DNA from: Vulcanimicrobiota bacterium
Lineage (GTDB): Bacteria > Vulcanimicrobiota > Vulcanimicrobiia > Vulcanimicrobiales > Vulcanimicrobiaceae
Direction: 5' to 3'
NCBI GenBank assembly: GCA_963833095.1
Contig: CAWHWQ010000001.1
Location: forward strand, 64,001-128,000
DNA: 64,000 nt
The position numbers were made by a program, and so were the translations under genes. The notes under the pieces are model-generated. The model saw only the letters and a program-made list of their open reading frames with translations, was not told the origin of the DNA and did no database searches. This document shows, piece after piece, positions 52,672-62,546 of the stretch. How positions within the stretch are numbered: position 1 is the stretch's first letter; every line of letters begins with the position of its first letter.

Positions 52672-53020
52672 GGGACTAGTCATTTCCCGCCGCGCGCGTG
52701 ATTCATGCGTAGAGGAGGACGGGCATATGGTCGATTTGATGGCGACGGTGACGAGTGTGCCGTCGTATTTCATGGGCACGAAGACGCACGCCGAGCATGA
52801 GGAGTTTTTGGCGCAAACCACTGCCGGGCCGATCGACGTGATCGATAACGTTGATCTCGCGCCGCGCGTCCCGGTTGCGCCGGGCGATCAAATCGAGGTC
52901 TGCGGCGAGATGGTTCATGACCCCGGGAAGCCGGTGCCGATCGTGCACTGGACGCATCACGATCCCGCGCATCGTCATCCGGGCGGCTTCATTCGCTTCC
53001 GTGGGCAGGTGTACGCGTAG
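52670..53020 (+). CDS. DUF3465-like protein
   Basis: NVDLAPRVP...GDQIEVCGE...VHWTHHDP...HPGGFI; start uncertain. Confidence 0.7.
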   Translation: MGLVISRRARDSCVEEDGHMVDLMATVTSVPSYFMGTKTHAEHEEFLAQTTAGPIDVIDNVDLAPRVPVAPGDQIEVCGEMVHDPGKPVPIVHWTHHDPAHRHPGGFIRFRGQVYA

Positions 53021-53786
53021 TGTTGCCTTTGATCGCAAGTAGTTCGGGAATCGTCACAAAGCGATAGCCCTCACGGCGCAAACTCTCAATGATGAGACGC
53101 GTTGCCTCGATCTCACTATGACGATCGCAGGTCTTGGCGGAAACGCGGGACGACTTGCACACGATGCCGCGATTTCCATCGTGAAGCACGATGATCGATC
53201 CATCGTGGACGTACGGCACGATCCGATCGGCGATGGTCGCTGCGGGTGGCTCCTCCCAGTCCTTGGCGAGCGGAACCGACCACATCACCGAGGTGTAGCC
53301 GAGACGACGCGCCTGATCGAGGACCAGCCAATCGCGCACTCCGAACGGCGGACGCATGATCGTCGTGTGCACACCTGCCGCACGGTAAATCGCGTCGTCG
53401 GTTCGCGCCAGCGATCCGCGGACTTGCGCTGCATCCATCAAGATCATGTGCGTGTGCGACCAGGTGTGGTTGCCGATTGCGTCGCCGTCACGCACTTCGC
53501 GACGCACGACCGAGGGATAGGCCTCCACCGCGCGCCCGACGACAAAGAACGTCGCGTGCACGCGCTCGCGCTCGAGCACATCGAGTATGGCGGTCGTGTA
53601 CGGCGGATTGGGTCCATCATCAAAGGTGAGCGCCACGATCCGTTGATCGGCCGGCCCGCTCACCAGGGTCTTGCCAAAGATTTGGTTGCTCGGATTTTCG
53701 CAAACTTCGTAGAGCCAGAATCCTGCGAGGGCGAGCAGCGCGCAGGCAAGGAGCGAACGAATCGCCACCGCCGCGGTCGCGGTCAC
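52989..53786 (-). CDS. Polysaccharide deacetylase (NodB/CE4)
   Basis: LTFDDGP, GNHTWSH, RPPFG and IVLHD motifs. Confidence 0.93.
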   Translation of the reverse strand: MTATAAVAIRSLLACALLALAGFWLYEVCENPSNQIFGKTLVSGPADQRIVALTFDDGPNPPYTTAILDVLERERVHATFFVVGRAVEAYPSVVRREVRDGDAIGNHTWSHTHMILMDAAQVRGSLARTDDAIYRAAGVHTTIMRPPFGVRDWLVLDQARRLGYTSVMWSVPLAKDWEEPPAATIADRIVPYVHDGSIIVLHDGNRGIVCKSSRVSAKTCDRHSEIEATRLIIESLRREGYRFVTIPELLAIKGNTTRTPAHGSE

Positions 53787-54451
53787 GGAGCGCTGCCGCC
53801 GTGCGCAAAGGATGCGCGCGCCGCGGCGATCTTTGCGCGAAACGCGGGCGGTCCGAACGAACGAAAGTCATTGACGACCTCTTGGTAGCGCGGATCGGCG
53901 AGCTGTGTGCTCGAGAGCTTGAGCAAATCGTTTGGGTTGGTCTTGCGCAAGTCGATCGTATATTGCCGCCCGGCGGTCGTTGCCCAATAGTGGGGATCGG
54001 TAAAGACGATCGTCCGATCGCCCTGCTTAAAATCGGCCAGTTGCTTCACGTACACCGTGTACTGAACGTTGGTGTCGCCGCGCGGCGGCTTGTCGACGAG
54101 ATCCCACACGCCGTCCTGCACGAGACTTCCAAAGAAGAAACTCACGTCAGTCATCGCCTGCGCGGTCGGCTCACTGATGGTGATCTGCTTGCCGTCGTAC
54201 GAACGAATGCGGTATGAAAACTTCGATTTTCCGTCAACGTCCGACATGTCGTACTCTTCTTCGTAAATTGGCGGCTTGTCATAGCGAATCGAGAGCCGCG
54301 CATACAGCGCGCTGGGCTGGTTTTTGACTTTGTCAACGGCGCTCAGGCTATTGAACTCGGGGTGCGACCCGTACAGCCGGATCCCGACGATCGCCATCAC
54401 GGCGACGAAAATGAAGATGGCCCAAGGAACAACGGTGGTGCGGCGGAGCAT
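53783..54451 (-). CDS. Hypothetical membrane-anchored protein
   Basis: N-terminal TM helix; overlaps the next gene start. Confidence 0.65.
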   Translation of the reverse strand: MLRRTTVVPWAIFIFVAVMAIVGIRLYGSHPEFNSLSAVDKVKNQPSALYARLSIRYDKPPIYEEEYDMSDVDGKSKFSYRIRSYDGKQITISEPTAQAMTDVSFFFGSLVQDGVWDLVDKPPRGDTNVQYTVYVKQLADFKQGDRTIVFTDPHYWATTAGRQYTIDLRKTNPNDLLKLSSTQLADPRYQEVVNDFRSFGPPAFRAKIAAARASFAHGGSAP

Positions 54452-54462
54452 GACGGGCGTCC

Positions 54463-54906
54463 TTACGAATCCGGCGCGGCCGCTTCCTGGTCGAGCACGT
54501 GATTCACGAGCCTGTCGGCGAGCTTATTCTGCTTACGCGGGACGTGTCTGATGTCGACGTGTTCGAAGCGCCGCAGCAGCGTCTGCGCCCGGCGGTGGAG
54601 CGGTTGGAGGTCGGCATGTTTGACCCGGTACTCGCCGCGCATCTGCTTGACGACCAGCTCGGAGTCCAGGCGCACCGCCAGGCGCCGGATGCCGCGCTCG
54701 GCGGCGCGTTCGAGCCCGATGCACAGCGCCGTCCACTCGGCGACGTTGTTGGTGGCGGTGCCGAGGTAACGGCCAACCTCATCGAGGACGGCGCCGTCGG
54801 GGCCAATGAGGACGGCGCCGCTGGCTGCCGGACCGGGGTTTCCGCGCGAGCCGCCGTCTGCAAAAAGCGTCGCGTCGGTGGGAAGCGCGTCAAAAAGGGT
54901 GGCCAT
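54463..54906 (-). CDS. rnhA: Ribonuclease HI
   Basis: ADGGSRGNPG, TNNVAE, DSELVVKQ and HVPRKQNKLAD motifs. Confidence 0.88.
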   Translation of the reverse strand: MATLFDALPTDATLFADGGSRGNPGPAASGAVLIGPDGAVLDEVGRYLGTATNNVAEWTALCIGLERAAERGIRRLAVRLDSELVVKQMRGEYRVKHADLQPLHRRAQTLLRRFEHVDIRHVPRKQNKLADRLVNHVLDQEAAAPDS

Positions 54907-54942
54907 CGTTTCGACCCTGTTCGGCATTGGTATAATGCAGCC

Positions 54943-55287
54943 ATGCGACACGTTATTTTGCGCGGCTTCGCCGCCCTTGCGATTCTTTCGCTGACCTTGA
55001 TCCCGAACGCGGCCCTGGCAGCGAACACATTCTACGGTTTGGTCGTTCACGTTTCGACCAGCAACATCAAGGTTGAGGATCCGCGGACCAAGCAGACCCT
55101 GAGCTTCGAGATCCTGCCGAAATTCGATCAAATCTTCTCGGGTGACGGCAAAACTACGTACCAAATGAAAGACGTTCACGAAGGCCACTACGTGGGTGTC
55201 GTCTACGATCAAAAGGCGCTGGGCATACGCCACGCCGACAAGATCTTTATCCTGAACAACGCCAATCAACGCATCTCAGCGCAATAG
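54943..55287 (+). CDS. Hypothetical secreted OB-fold-like protein
   Basis: Signal peptide ending ALA; TGGTATAAT 6 nt upstream suggests a leaderless mRNA. Confidence 0.65.
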   Translation: MRHVILRGFAALAILSLTLIPNAALAANTFYGLVVHVSTSNIKVEDPRTKQTLSFEILPKFDQIFSGDGKTTYQMKDVHEGHYVGVVYDQKALGIRHADKIFILNNANQRISAQ

Positions 55288-55290
55288 TTC

Positions 55291-55329
55291 AAGGCGGGTC
55301 GCGGTGTTCTTATCGCGACCCGCCTTTTT
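55291..55329. terminator. Intrinsic terminator between convergent genes
   Basis: AAGGCGGGTCGCG...CGCGACCCGCCTT followed by a T tract. Confidence 0.8.
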
Positions 55330-56509
55330 ACGGCTCGAGTACAACTTTGATGTAACCGTCGCTGCGCGTGTCGAATTTAGCGAATGCGTCGGGAGCGTCG
55401 CGAAGCGGCAACCGTTGTGAAACGATGGCGCCTGGCTTCATTCGACCGCTCACGATCATATCGCGCAGATGATCGTTGTAGTTCTCGTCGTCATCCCGCC
55501 CCATGCCGATCATCACGCCCTTCTTGAACAGCGTTCCCCACGGGATCATGTAGTCGCCAAGCTTGGCGGCATCGGTCGGGCCGTGGGGATCGTTATCCAG
55601 AAAGACACCGATGATGCACAGGCGCCCCTTGACCGCGATGATTCGCGCGAGATCGGCGATGACGCTGGTGGGATTTTCCGCCGAGTAGTTGAGGGGATCT
55701 CGTGCCTGAAATCCGATCGCGTCGATGCAGACCGTTGCGCCGAGGTTTGCGTCCTCGCCGCGCCAGGCTATGCCGCTCCGTTCGCGCGCGATCTGCTCGA
55801 GAATGTGGTCGACCGCATGTCCGTCACGCATATCGATCGGTACCGCTCCAAGCTCGCCGGCCTTCTCCAGCCGTTCCGGAATCGCGTCCACGACGAACAC
55901 CTGTCGCGCTCCGCGGACGAACGCACACATCACGGTGAGCAATCCGATTGCGCCGGCACCGTAGACAACCACGATGTCGCCGGTGCGGACGTCGACAAGT
56001 TCTGTCGCGTGAAAGGCCGTCGGCAGCGCGTCGGCAAGCAAGACGAAGTCGTTCTCCCAGCGGTCGCCGGGTTCTCCCGGCAATCTAACGCAGTTTGCGT
56101 CGCCAAAGGGAACACGCAGCAGTTTGGTTTGCGCGCCGGTGTAGCCGCCCATGCCGGGGTAACCATATGCCGCGCCCGCCTTCCCGGGATTGTTCGTAAG
56201 ACACTGCGCGGAATAGCCGTGGACACAGTTCGCGCAGAACCCGCAGCAGATGTGCGTCGGGACGGTGACGCGATCGCCGACGCGGACGTTGACGACAGCG
56301 TCGCCGACCCGTTCGACCACACCAAGCGGTTCGTGACCGATCACCATCGGCGCGCCCGTACTAAGGCGACCCTCGTACATATGCAGATCGGTACCGCAGA
56401 TCGCGGTCGACGTGAGGCGCAGAAGCACGTCGGTGGGCTTGAGCAGCTCCGGTTCGTCTATGGCCTCAATGGTAATCTGTCGAGGCCCCTTGAGCATGAC
56501 TGCATCCAT
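55328..56509 (-). CDS. Glutathione-independent formaldehyde dehydrogenase-like zinc MDR enzyme
   Basis: ICGTDLHMYEG, GHEPLG, CGFCANC...C, AYGYPGMGGYTGAQ, LADALPT and GAGAIG motifs. Confidence 0.75.
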   Translation of the reverse strand: MDAVMLKGPRQITIEAIDEPELLKPTDVLLRLTSTAICGTDLHMYEGRLSTGAPMVIGHEPLGVVERVGDAVVNVRVGDRVTVPTHICCGFCANCVHGYSAQCLTNNPGKAGAAYGYPGMGGYTGAQTKLLRVPFGDANCVRLPGEPGDRWENDFVLLADALPTAFHATELVDVRTGDIVVVYGAGAIGLLTVMCAFVRGARQVFVVDAIPERLEKAGELGAVPIDMRDGHAVDHILEQIARERSGIAWRGEDANLGATVCIDAIGFQARDPLNYSAENPTSVIADLARIIAVKGRLCIIGVFLDNDPHGPTDAAKLGDYMIPWGTLFKKGVMIGMGRDDDENYNDHLRDMIVSGRMKPGAIVSQRLPLRDAPDAFAKFDTRSDGYIKVVLEP

Positions 56510-56605
56510 CGTTCTTCTCCCACGAGCGTATCGCTCTAGTATATACAAAAGCGGTTCCCTTTCCAGCGAAAGGCAAATCGAGGTCGCGGTCTTAATCCAC
56601 GAACC

Positions 56606-59600
56606 ATGATGCGTTCCTTTGTTGCTCTCGTCGCGGTGCTGCTCGCGCCACTGGTTGCGGCTGCGTCCGATCTCCCCACCGCCAACCTCCATTGGCGCGA
56701 AACCGGCCCCGCCGCGCCCGGTGGCCGCGTCACCGCAGTGGCGGGCTCGAATCGCGATGCGTCGCTGTACTATCTCGGCGCGGCCGGTGGCGGCGTATGG
56801 AAGAGTACGGACGGCGGTGCTGCGTGGCATCCGGTGTTCGACAAGGAAAGCGTCGGAGCGATTGGTGCGGTCGCAATCGATCCGAGCAACGATGACGTGG
56901 TATGGGTCGGGACGGGCGAATCCAATCCGCGCAACGACGTCAGTTACGGCGACGGCCTTTACAAGTCGAGCGACGGCGGCAAAACCTGGACGAACATGGG
57001 TCTACGGGAGAGCAAGTACATCTCGCGCATCCTAATCGATCCCACTGACCCCAAGCATGTGATCGTCGGTGCCCTCGGTGACGTCTTTGCCGATTCGGCG
57101 CAACGCGGCGTCTACGTAACGTACGACGGCGGAACGACCTGGACGAAAGCGCTCGACGTGGGGCCCAGCAGCGGCGTTTCGGATTTGGCGATGAGCCCGC
57201 GCACGCCAAACGTCATCTACGCCGGCGTGTGGCAATTTCAACGACGACCATGGACATTTCGCAGCGGCGGCGATCAGGACGGCCTCTACCGTTCGAGCGA
57301 CGGCGGCCGTACGTGGAACAGGCTTACGGGACACGGCCTGCCTGACGGCATCACCGGGCGAATCGGACTTGCAGTCGCGCCGAGCGATCCGCATCGTGTT
57401 TACGCGCTGATCGAAGCCAAGCGCGGCATTCTCTGGCGTTCGGACGACGACGGCGCTACATGGAACCTGGTGAGCTCAAACACCTTGGTCGATCAACGGC
57501 CGTTCTATTTCTCACACATCGAAGTCGACCCAAGCAATCCCGACCACGTCATCACCGCATCGACGGCGCTCGCCGAGAGCATCGACGGCGGCAAGACGTT
57601 TAAGGCGATCGCGCGCGACGTGCATGGCGACTATCACGCGATCTGGATCGCACCGAACGACCCCAAGCGGATTATCGTCGGCGCCGACGGCGGCTACGCG
57701 CTCACCGTCGATGCCGGGCGCACCTGGACGTTCGCCATGAATTTGCCGATCGGACAGTTCTACCGCGTGGGATTGGGCAACGACAATCCGTACACGATCT
57801 GCGGCGGCTTGCAAGATAATAATTCCTTTTGCGGACCGTCGAATTCGCTCGATACGGGTGGTAACACGAACGCCGATTGGTACGCGGTCGTCTACGATGA
57901 CGACGGGCAGTGGGCTATTCCCGATCCGCGCAACCCCGATCTCATCTGGTCCGATGGACAAGACGGCGCGCTCTTCACCTATAGACGGCGCACACGCGAG
58001 TACACGTTTGCGCAGCCGTATCTGACGACCGTTCAACAAGATTACGACATTGCGACCAGCCCCTACCGGTTCAATTGGGAGTCGCCTATCGGCTTTGCGC
58101 CCTGGGATCCTCGTATCGCGTGGTTCGGCGGCAACGTCGTGTTCCAATCGACCAACGGCGGCTATAGCTGGCGCGCGATCAGCCCCGATCTCACGCGCAA
58201 CGATAAGGCGCATCAACAACCGGCCGGCGGCCCGATCACGCATGACGTCACAGGCGCCGAATACTCCGATACGATCCTCGACATCGAAGGCTCGCAGCTT
58301 TCGCCGGGCGAGATCTGGGTCGGCACGGACGACGGACTCGTGCAGATGACGCGCGACAGCGGTGCGCACTGGGAAAACGTCACGCCGCGCGACGCGAATA
58401 CCTACGGCCGGTTCGAAACGGTCGCGCCCTCACCGTTGGAGCGCGGCACGGCCTACGCCGTGCAAGACGCGCACCTGATGGGCGACGGCGCACCGCGCGT
58501 CTGGATCACAAGCGACTACGGCGCGCACTGGCGATCGATCGTGAACGGCTTGCCGAACGATCTGTGGACGCGCTCGATTCGTCCCGACAATCGCAATCCC
58601 GCGCTCGTGTATCTCGGCACCGAAGAAGGCGTGTGGATCTCCTACGATCGCGGCTCGCACTGGCAGCGCTTGCGCAATAATATGCCCGCCACCTCGATCC
58701 GCGATATTCGCATTCAACCAACATTCGACGATCTCGTCCTGGCGACGCACGGCCGGTCGATCTGGGTGATGGACGACATTCGACCCCTGCAAGAGCTTCC
58801 GAGCGCAGTTGCTGCGGGTGCCTGGCTATTCGAGCCGCGCACCTCGTACGAATACAATCTCACCACCAAGACCGAGGGCAACTACACAAACTATACGGCG
58901 AACAATCCCCCCTACGGTGTTCCGATTTCGTATTATCAAGCGACGCCTCAGGCGACCGCCCCGCAAGTGACGATCCGCGATGCCTCGGGCCGTATCGTGC
59001 GTACGCTTACCGGCTCCAACGCCTCGGGCATCAATCGTGTGGTCTGGAACTTCACGGCAGCACCGCCCGTCAAGTGGTTCGGCGCCGCCAATCGCTACTT
59101 CCAAGGTCCCGATGACGGAGCCATGGTGGTGCCCGGAACCTACACGGCGCACATATCGTTGAATGGCCGCAACTTCGTGAAGCGTTTTTCGGTCAAAGCC
59201 GACCCGCAAGCCACCGAAACGTTGGCGCAGATGAGGCAGAGTTACGAAGCCTTCGCAACGTTGAACCAAATCTACTCAAGCGTCGATACGATGCTCAATC
59301 ACCTTGATCTCGTCGGAAAGGCGCTTGTGGGCGAATCCGCGCAGACCGGCAGCGATGCCGCTGACGCGCTCGCGCGCGCACGCGAGCAGCACGCTGCCGT
59401 AATGGCTGCGCTCACGGCGAACTACACGAACAGCGAAGATTCCGTCTCCCGCCCAGGTGCCTTGCGCGAGAATCTGGACAGCGCGCTTTCGTCGCTAAAC
59501 TCGTTTCCGCTGCAAGCCATCGTCACTCCGGCAGCCACGCAGTTCTACGCCCGCATCGGCGCCGAATACCGCAACGCACTCCGCGCGTACAACGCCTACA

Positions 59601-59680
59601 GCGCTTCGATTCCGACGCTCAACCGGACGCTGACGGGAGCAGGACTGCAACCGATGCCGGCGCTCCCGGTCGAACCGTAG
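56606..59680 (+). CDS. Secreted BNR/Asp-box beta-propeller (VPS10/sortilin-like glycosyl hydrolase)
   Basis: Repeated SxDGGxTW, GGLQDN and ATHGRSIW motifs. Confidence 0.88.
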   Translation: MMRSFVALVAVLLAPLVAAASDLPTANLHWRETGPAAPGGRVTAVAGSNRDASLYYLGAAGGGVWKSTDGGAAWHPVFDKESVGAIGAVAIDPSNDDVVWVGTGESNPRNDVSYGDGLYKSSDGGKTWTNMGLRESKYISRILIDPTDPKHVIVGALGDVFADSAQRGVYVTYDGGTTWTKALDVGPSSGVSDLAMSPRTPNVIYAGVWQFQRRPWTFRSGGDQDGLYRSSDGGRTWNRLTGHGLPDGITGRIGLAVAPSDPHRVYALIEAKRGILWRSDDDGATWNLVSSNTLVDQRPFYFSHIEVDPSNPDHVITASTALAESIDGGKTFKAIARDVHGDYHAIWIAPNDPKRIIVGADGGYALTVDAGRTWTFAMNLPIGQFYRVGLGNDNPYTICGGLQDNNSFCGPSNSLDTGGNTNADWYAVVYDDDGQWAIPDPRNPDLIWSDGQDGALFTYRRRTREYTFAQPYLTTVQQDYDIATSPYRFNWESPIGFAPWDPRIAWFGGNVVFQSTNGGYSWRAISPDLTRNDKAHQQPAGGPITHDVTGAEYSDTILDIEGSQLSPGEIWVGTDDGLVQMTRDSGAHWENVTPRDANTYGRFETVAPSPLERGTAYAVQDAHLMGDGAPRVWITSDYGAHWRSIVNGLPNDLWTRSIRPDNRNPALVYLGTEEGVWISYDRGSHWQRLRNNMPATSIRDIRIQPTFDDLVLATHGRSIWVMDDIRPLQELPSAVAAGAWLFEPRTSYEYNLTTKTEGNYTNYTANNPPYGVPISYYQATPQATAPQVTIRDASGRIVRTLTGSNASGINRVVWNFTAAPPVKWFGAANRYFQGPDDGAMVVPGTYTAHISLNGRNFVKRFSVKADPQATETLAQMRQSYEAFATLNQIYSSVDTMLNHLDLVGKALVGESAQTGSDAADALARAREQHAAVMAALTANYTNSEDSVSRPGALRENLDSALSSLNSFPLQAIVTPAATQFYARIGAEYRNALRAYNAYSASIPTLNRTLTGAGLQPMPALPVEP

Positions 59681-59741
59681 CCTCCGCCTCTGCAGAATAT
59701 TCGGATAGCGCAAACGCGGGCTTGACCGTTAAGATGAACCC

Positions 59742-60254
59742 ATGAACAAGCATCATGTCTTTCTTGGCGCTGCCGTCTTAGCCATCGCGCTCTGCGCGGC
59801 TCGCGCGCCGGCACAAGTTACGGTACCGAATAGCCAACCGACGGCGGCGAGCGAACAAGACGTCCAGATGTTGCGCGAGAACATTCGTTCGTCTCGCAAG
59901 AAGGTCGTCGCAGCCAACATGAACCTTACCGCTGACGAGGCTGCCAAGTTTTGGCCCGTGTACGATCAATACCAATTAGACCTCAACAAGATCGGTGACG
60001 CGCGCTGGCAACTCATGAAAGAATACGCTTCGAGCTATCCAAACGTCACCGCGGACCAGGCGAAAGGCTTCATGGCGCGCTCGACCCAAATCGATCAACA
60101 GATGATTGCGCTACGCGAGCAGTACGTCCCGGCGTTCGAAAAAGTTATCTCGCCCAAGAAGGTCGCGCTGTGGTATCAGATCGACCGGCAAATCGACTTG
60201 CTGGTCAATATACAGTTGGCGTCGTTGCTACCGCTGGTGGATCCGACGAAGTAG
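59742..60254 (+). CDS. Secreted helical protein (Spy/CpxP-like)
   Basis: Signal peptide; MNLTADEAAKFWPVYDQY. Confidence 0.65.
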   Translation: MNKHHVFLGAAVLAIALCAARAPAQVTVPNSQPTAASEQDVQMLRENIRSSRKKVVAANMNLTADEAAKFWPVYDQYQLDLNKIGDARWQLMKEYASSYPNVTADQAKGFMARSTQIDQQMIALREQYVPAFEKVISPKKVALWYQIDRQIDLLVNIQLASLLPLVDPTK

Positions 60255-60255
60255 C

Positions 60256-60618
60256 TTGAAGAACATTGTGCTCGGTTCGCTCCTAGCCGCGCTTTCGCTC
60301 GTGCTGGCGGCACCCGCGCTAGCAGCCTCGCTTGCGTTTCACGTCACCAATAAGACGCCCGATGCGTGGGCGTGGGTCACTGCCAACAGCGCGTATGCCG
60401 GAAACATCGACGGTGCGTGGTGCGTCGCGCCGGGCGAAAAAAGCACACGCACGTTTTCAAATGTCATCGGTCGTCTGCGCGTGGAAGCCACGGTCAAGAA
60501 CTGCGCACATCCGGTGATGCTCGATCGCAGCCTGACCGGCGTCGCCCACAGCTCGGCCTTTTTTGCAACGCGCGAAGGCAGCGGCAAGAACTACGTCTGG
60601 ATGGGGGAGGCTAGGTAA
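60256..60618 (+). CDS. Hypothetical secreted beta-rich protein
   Basis: TTG start, signal peptide, two Cys. Confidence 0.55.
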   Translation: MKNIVLGSLLAALSLVLAAPALAASLAFHVTNKTPDAWAWVTANSAYAGNIDGAWCVAPGEKSTRTFSNVIGRLRVEATVKNCAHPVMLDRSLTGVAHSSAFFATREGSGKNYVWMGEAR

Positions 60619-60834
60619 ATGAAACGCATTCTTATGACGGTCATCGCCATACTTCTAATCGCCGGGTTCGCGCTTCCCACGCGCGCCCTTGCGTTCCAAA
60701 CCACAGTCATCAACAAAACGACGAATTCGTGGGTTTGGGTGACCAGGTATGAGTTCACCGGCTACAACGACACGGGCCGAAGCTTGAGGCAAGCGCCCAC
60801 CAGCGGACCAACGCCCCCCACTCATGGACGCTAG
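60619..60834 (+). pseudogene. Truncated paralog of the upstream secreted protein
   Basis: VINKTTNSWVWVT resembles VTNKTPDAWAWVT; similarity ends after about 50 aa. Confidence 0.4.
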
Positions 60835-61193
60835 TAGGTAATGGTCGACGTCGGGAATTGTCCTCCGGCTGGATGTGCGCCACTTCCAATTCCAAGCTGG
60901 TCATAGGTGCCGGGCGCGACGGGCGTGGTTCCCGGACCCAAGTCGTAGACAATGATGTTCGTTCCGGGCTTTACCAGCTGCGAGTGAGTGCAATACTTAC
61001 CTATCTCAGCCGGTACGCATCCAACGGAGGCGGTTACATAGCGCCCCGTAATAACGATATTACTTTTCCGTTGGCCCGGCAGTACAACAGAGGCGTGATG
61101 AGACGGCACCGCTAGGGCAATCGCGGAGCTACCCAGCACCGCAGCGGTTAGCGCCAAGACGCTGACCTTCGCTAATATCGAATGCTTTTGCAT
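60831..61193 (-). CDS. Hypothetical secreted protein
   Basis: Signal peptide ending AIALA; GGGAG RBS. Confidence 0.5.
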   Translation of the reverse strand: MQKHSILAKVSVLALTAAVLGSSAIALAVPSHHASVVLPGQRKSNIVITGRYVTASVGCVPAEIGKYCTHSQLVKPGTNIIVYDLGPGTTPVAPGTYDQLGIGSGAHPAGGQFPTSTITY

Positions 61194-61493
61194 GAAGACC
61201 GAATCTCCCAATCTCCGGCCGCTATCAACCAGGCAACTTCTCTTACAAAACTGCGTACAGTTCCCTCCGGTTTCGGCGGCTTTCGTGACCTTTAGACTAC
61301 GTCCGCTTCGGGTTTCCGCGCATCACTTCTGTAAGACGGTCCCAGTTTGATAAGGCCGCACCCGATCTGCTCGCGTTCCGCTTGGACGTAACGGCGATTT
61401 ATCCGAACTGACAAGTGGTCACAGTTAGACCTGAAAGCTTCTGGCGCTAGCGCGGTTTGCGTGCGAAGGCTGGGGAATTGCCTTTAAACAAAG

Positions 61494-61526
61494 AAAAACC
61501 TCAAGCAAGAAGTGCTTGAGGTTTTT
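61494..61526. terminator. Bidirectional terminator downstream of tRNA-Pro
   Basis: AAAAACCTCAAGCA-AGAAG-TGCTTGAGGTTTTT. Confidence 0.85.
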
Positions 61527-61530
61527 CGGA

Positions 61531-61608
61531 TGGTCGGGCTGACACGATTCGAACGTGCGATCTCTTGACCCCCAGTCAGGCGCGATAACCAAGCTGCGCT
61601 ACAGCCCG
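61531..61608 (-). tRNA. tRNA-Pro(GGG)
   Basis: Cloverleaf: CGGGCTG/CAGCCCG acceptor stem, anticodon loop CT-GGG-GG, TTCGAAT T-loop, encoded CCA. Confidence 0.95.
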
Positions 61609-61612
61609 TGTT

Positions 61613-61975
61613 CTACGGAGAACCTCGTTCATCCGGCGCGTTACTAGTTGCGCTTCGCGTTTTCTTTTTAGCGGACTTCTTCTTCGCGCTGCTCGAACGT
61701 TTACCGCCGACGGCCTCTTTGAGGGCTTTGCCGGAGACGAAGGCGGGGACTTTGCGCGCGGCGATTTTGATCTTCTCGCCGGTTTTCGGATTGCGGCCTT
61801 CGCGCGCTTTACGCGCGCGGACGACGAAACTGCCGAACGGCGTAAGCGCAACGCGATCGCCTTTCTTCAACGCCCCCGAGATCTCGTCGAGAATCAGGTC
61901 GACGATTTCCCCCGCATGGCGCTTCGTGAGCTCCGCTTCATCGGCAACGCGATCGATCAAATCGGCTTTCGTCAA
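61613..61975 (-). CDS. hup: HU DNA-binding protein with a basic C-terminal tail
   Basis: TKADLID, FGSF...RKAREGRNPKTGEKIKI...VPAF; GAGGAG RBS with TTG start. Confidence 0.93.
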   Translation of the reverse strand: MTKADLIDRVADEAELTKRHAGEIVDLILDEISGALKKGDRVALTPFGSFVVRARKAREGRNPKTGEKIKIAARKVPAFVSGKALKEAVGGKRSSSAKKKSAKKKTRSATSNAPDERGSP

Positions 61976-62069
61976 CGTCGTGTCTCCTCTGCTAAAGGGC
62001 AAGGTTCGAACGTGCGCGGTGGGCGGGAGGGAGGGGATATACGCAGGGGGCGTGGCCCGGCTCCTTCCA

Positions 62070-62496
62070 TTTTTCGAGTATTTTCGCGACGGCTTGAGCG
62101 CGAGTACGTAGGAAAGGGGGCCGAACCCGCCGATGGTGCCCCGGCACGCCGCGGCCGTCACGCTCGTGCGGCGAACACTTCGTCCCGCGCAATATTCGAA
62201 AGATGCACTTCGATCGCCGGAATCCGATCGATCTGATTGCATCGGCGATCGCGTACGAATAGTGCGCGTACGCGCCCGGATTGATGACGATCGCGTCTCG
62301 CGTCGCGCGGGCATGCGTGCAGAGCGTCGACGATCTGTCCCTCGCCGTTGTATTGCTCGCAGCGACCTGAAACCCAGATCGGCGCGCCCACGTGCGATGA
62401 GTTCGTTGACGTCGTCCAGCGTTGCGTTCCGTAGATCTCGGGTTCCCGATCGCCGAGTAAGTTGAGGTTTGGCCCGTGAATAACCAAGACGCGCAT
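62070..62496 (-). CDS. aroQ: Type II 3-dehydroquinate dehydratase (frameshifted; end approximate)
   Basis: HGPNLNLLGDREPEIYG, IEVHLSNI and GTIGGFGPLSY motifs. Confidence 0.85.
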
Positions 62497-62546
62497 TGCG
62501 CTCCATTCTTGAAGGAAAACGCCGCGCCTTTGAGCGAGATGCGTTC

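Noticed and set aside
61420..61465. c-di-GMP-I riboswitch-like words (GCAAACC...AAGCTTTCAGGTCTAA) on the minus strand
   Set aside because: No GNRA-capped P2 stem or convincing P1/P3 pairing; an Infernal scan would be needed
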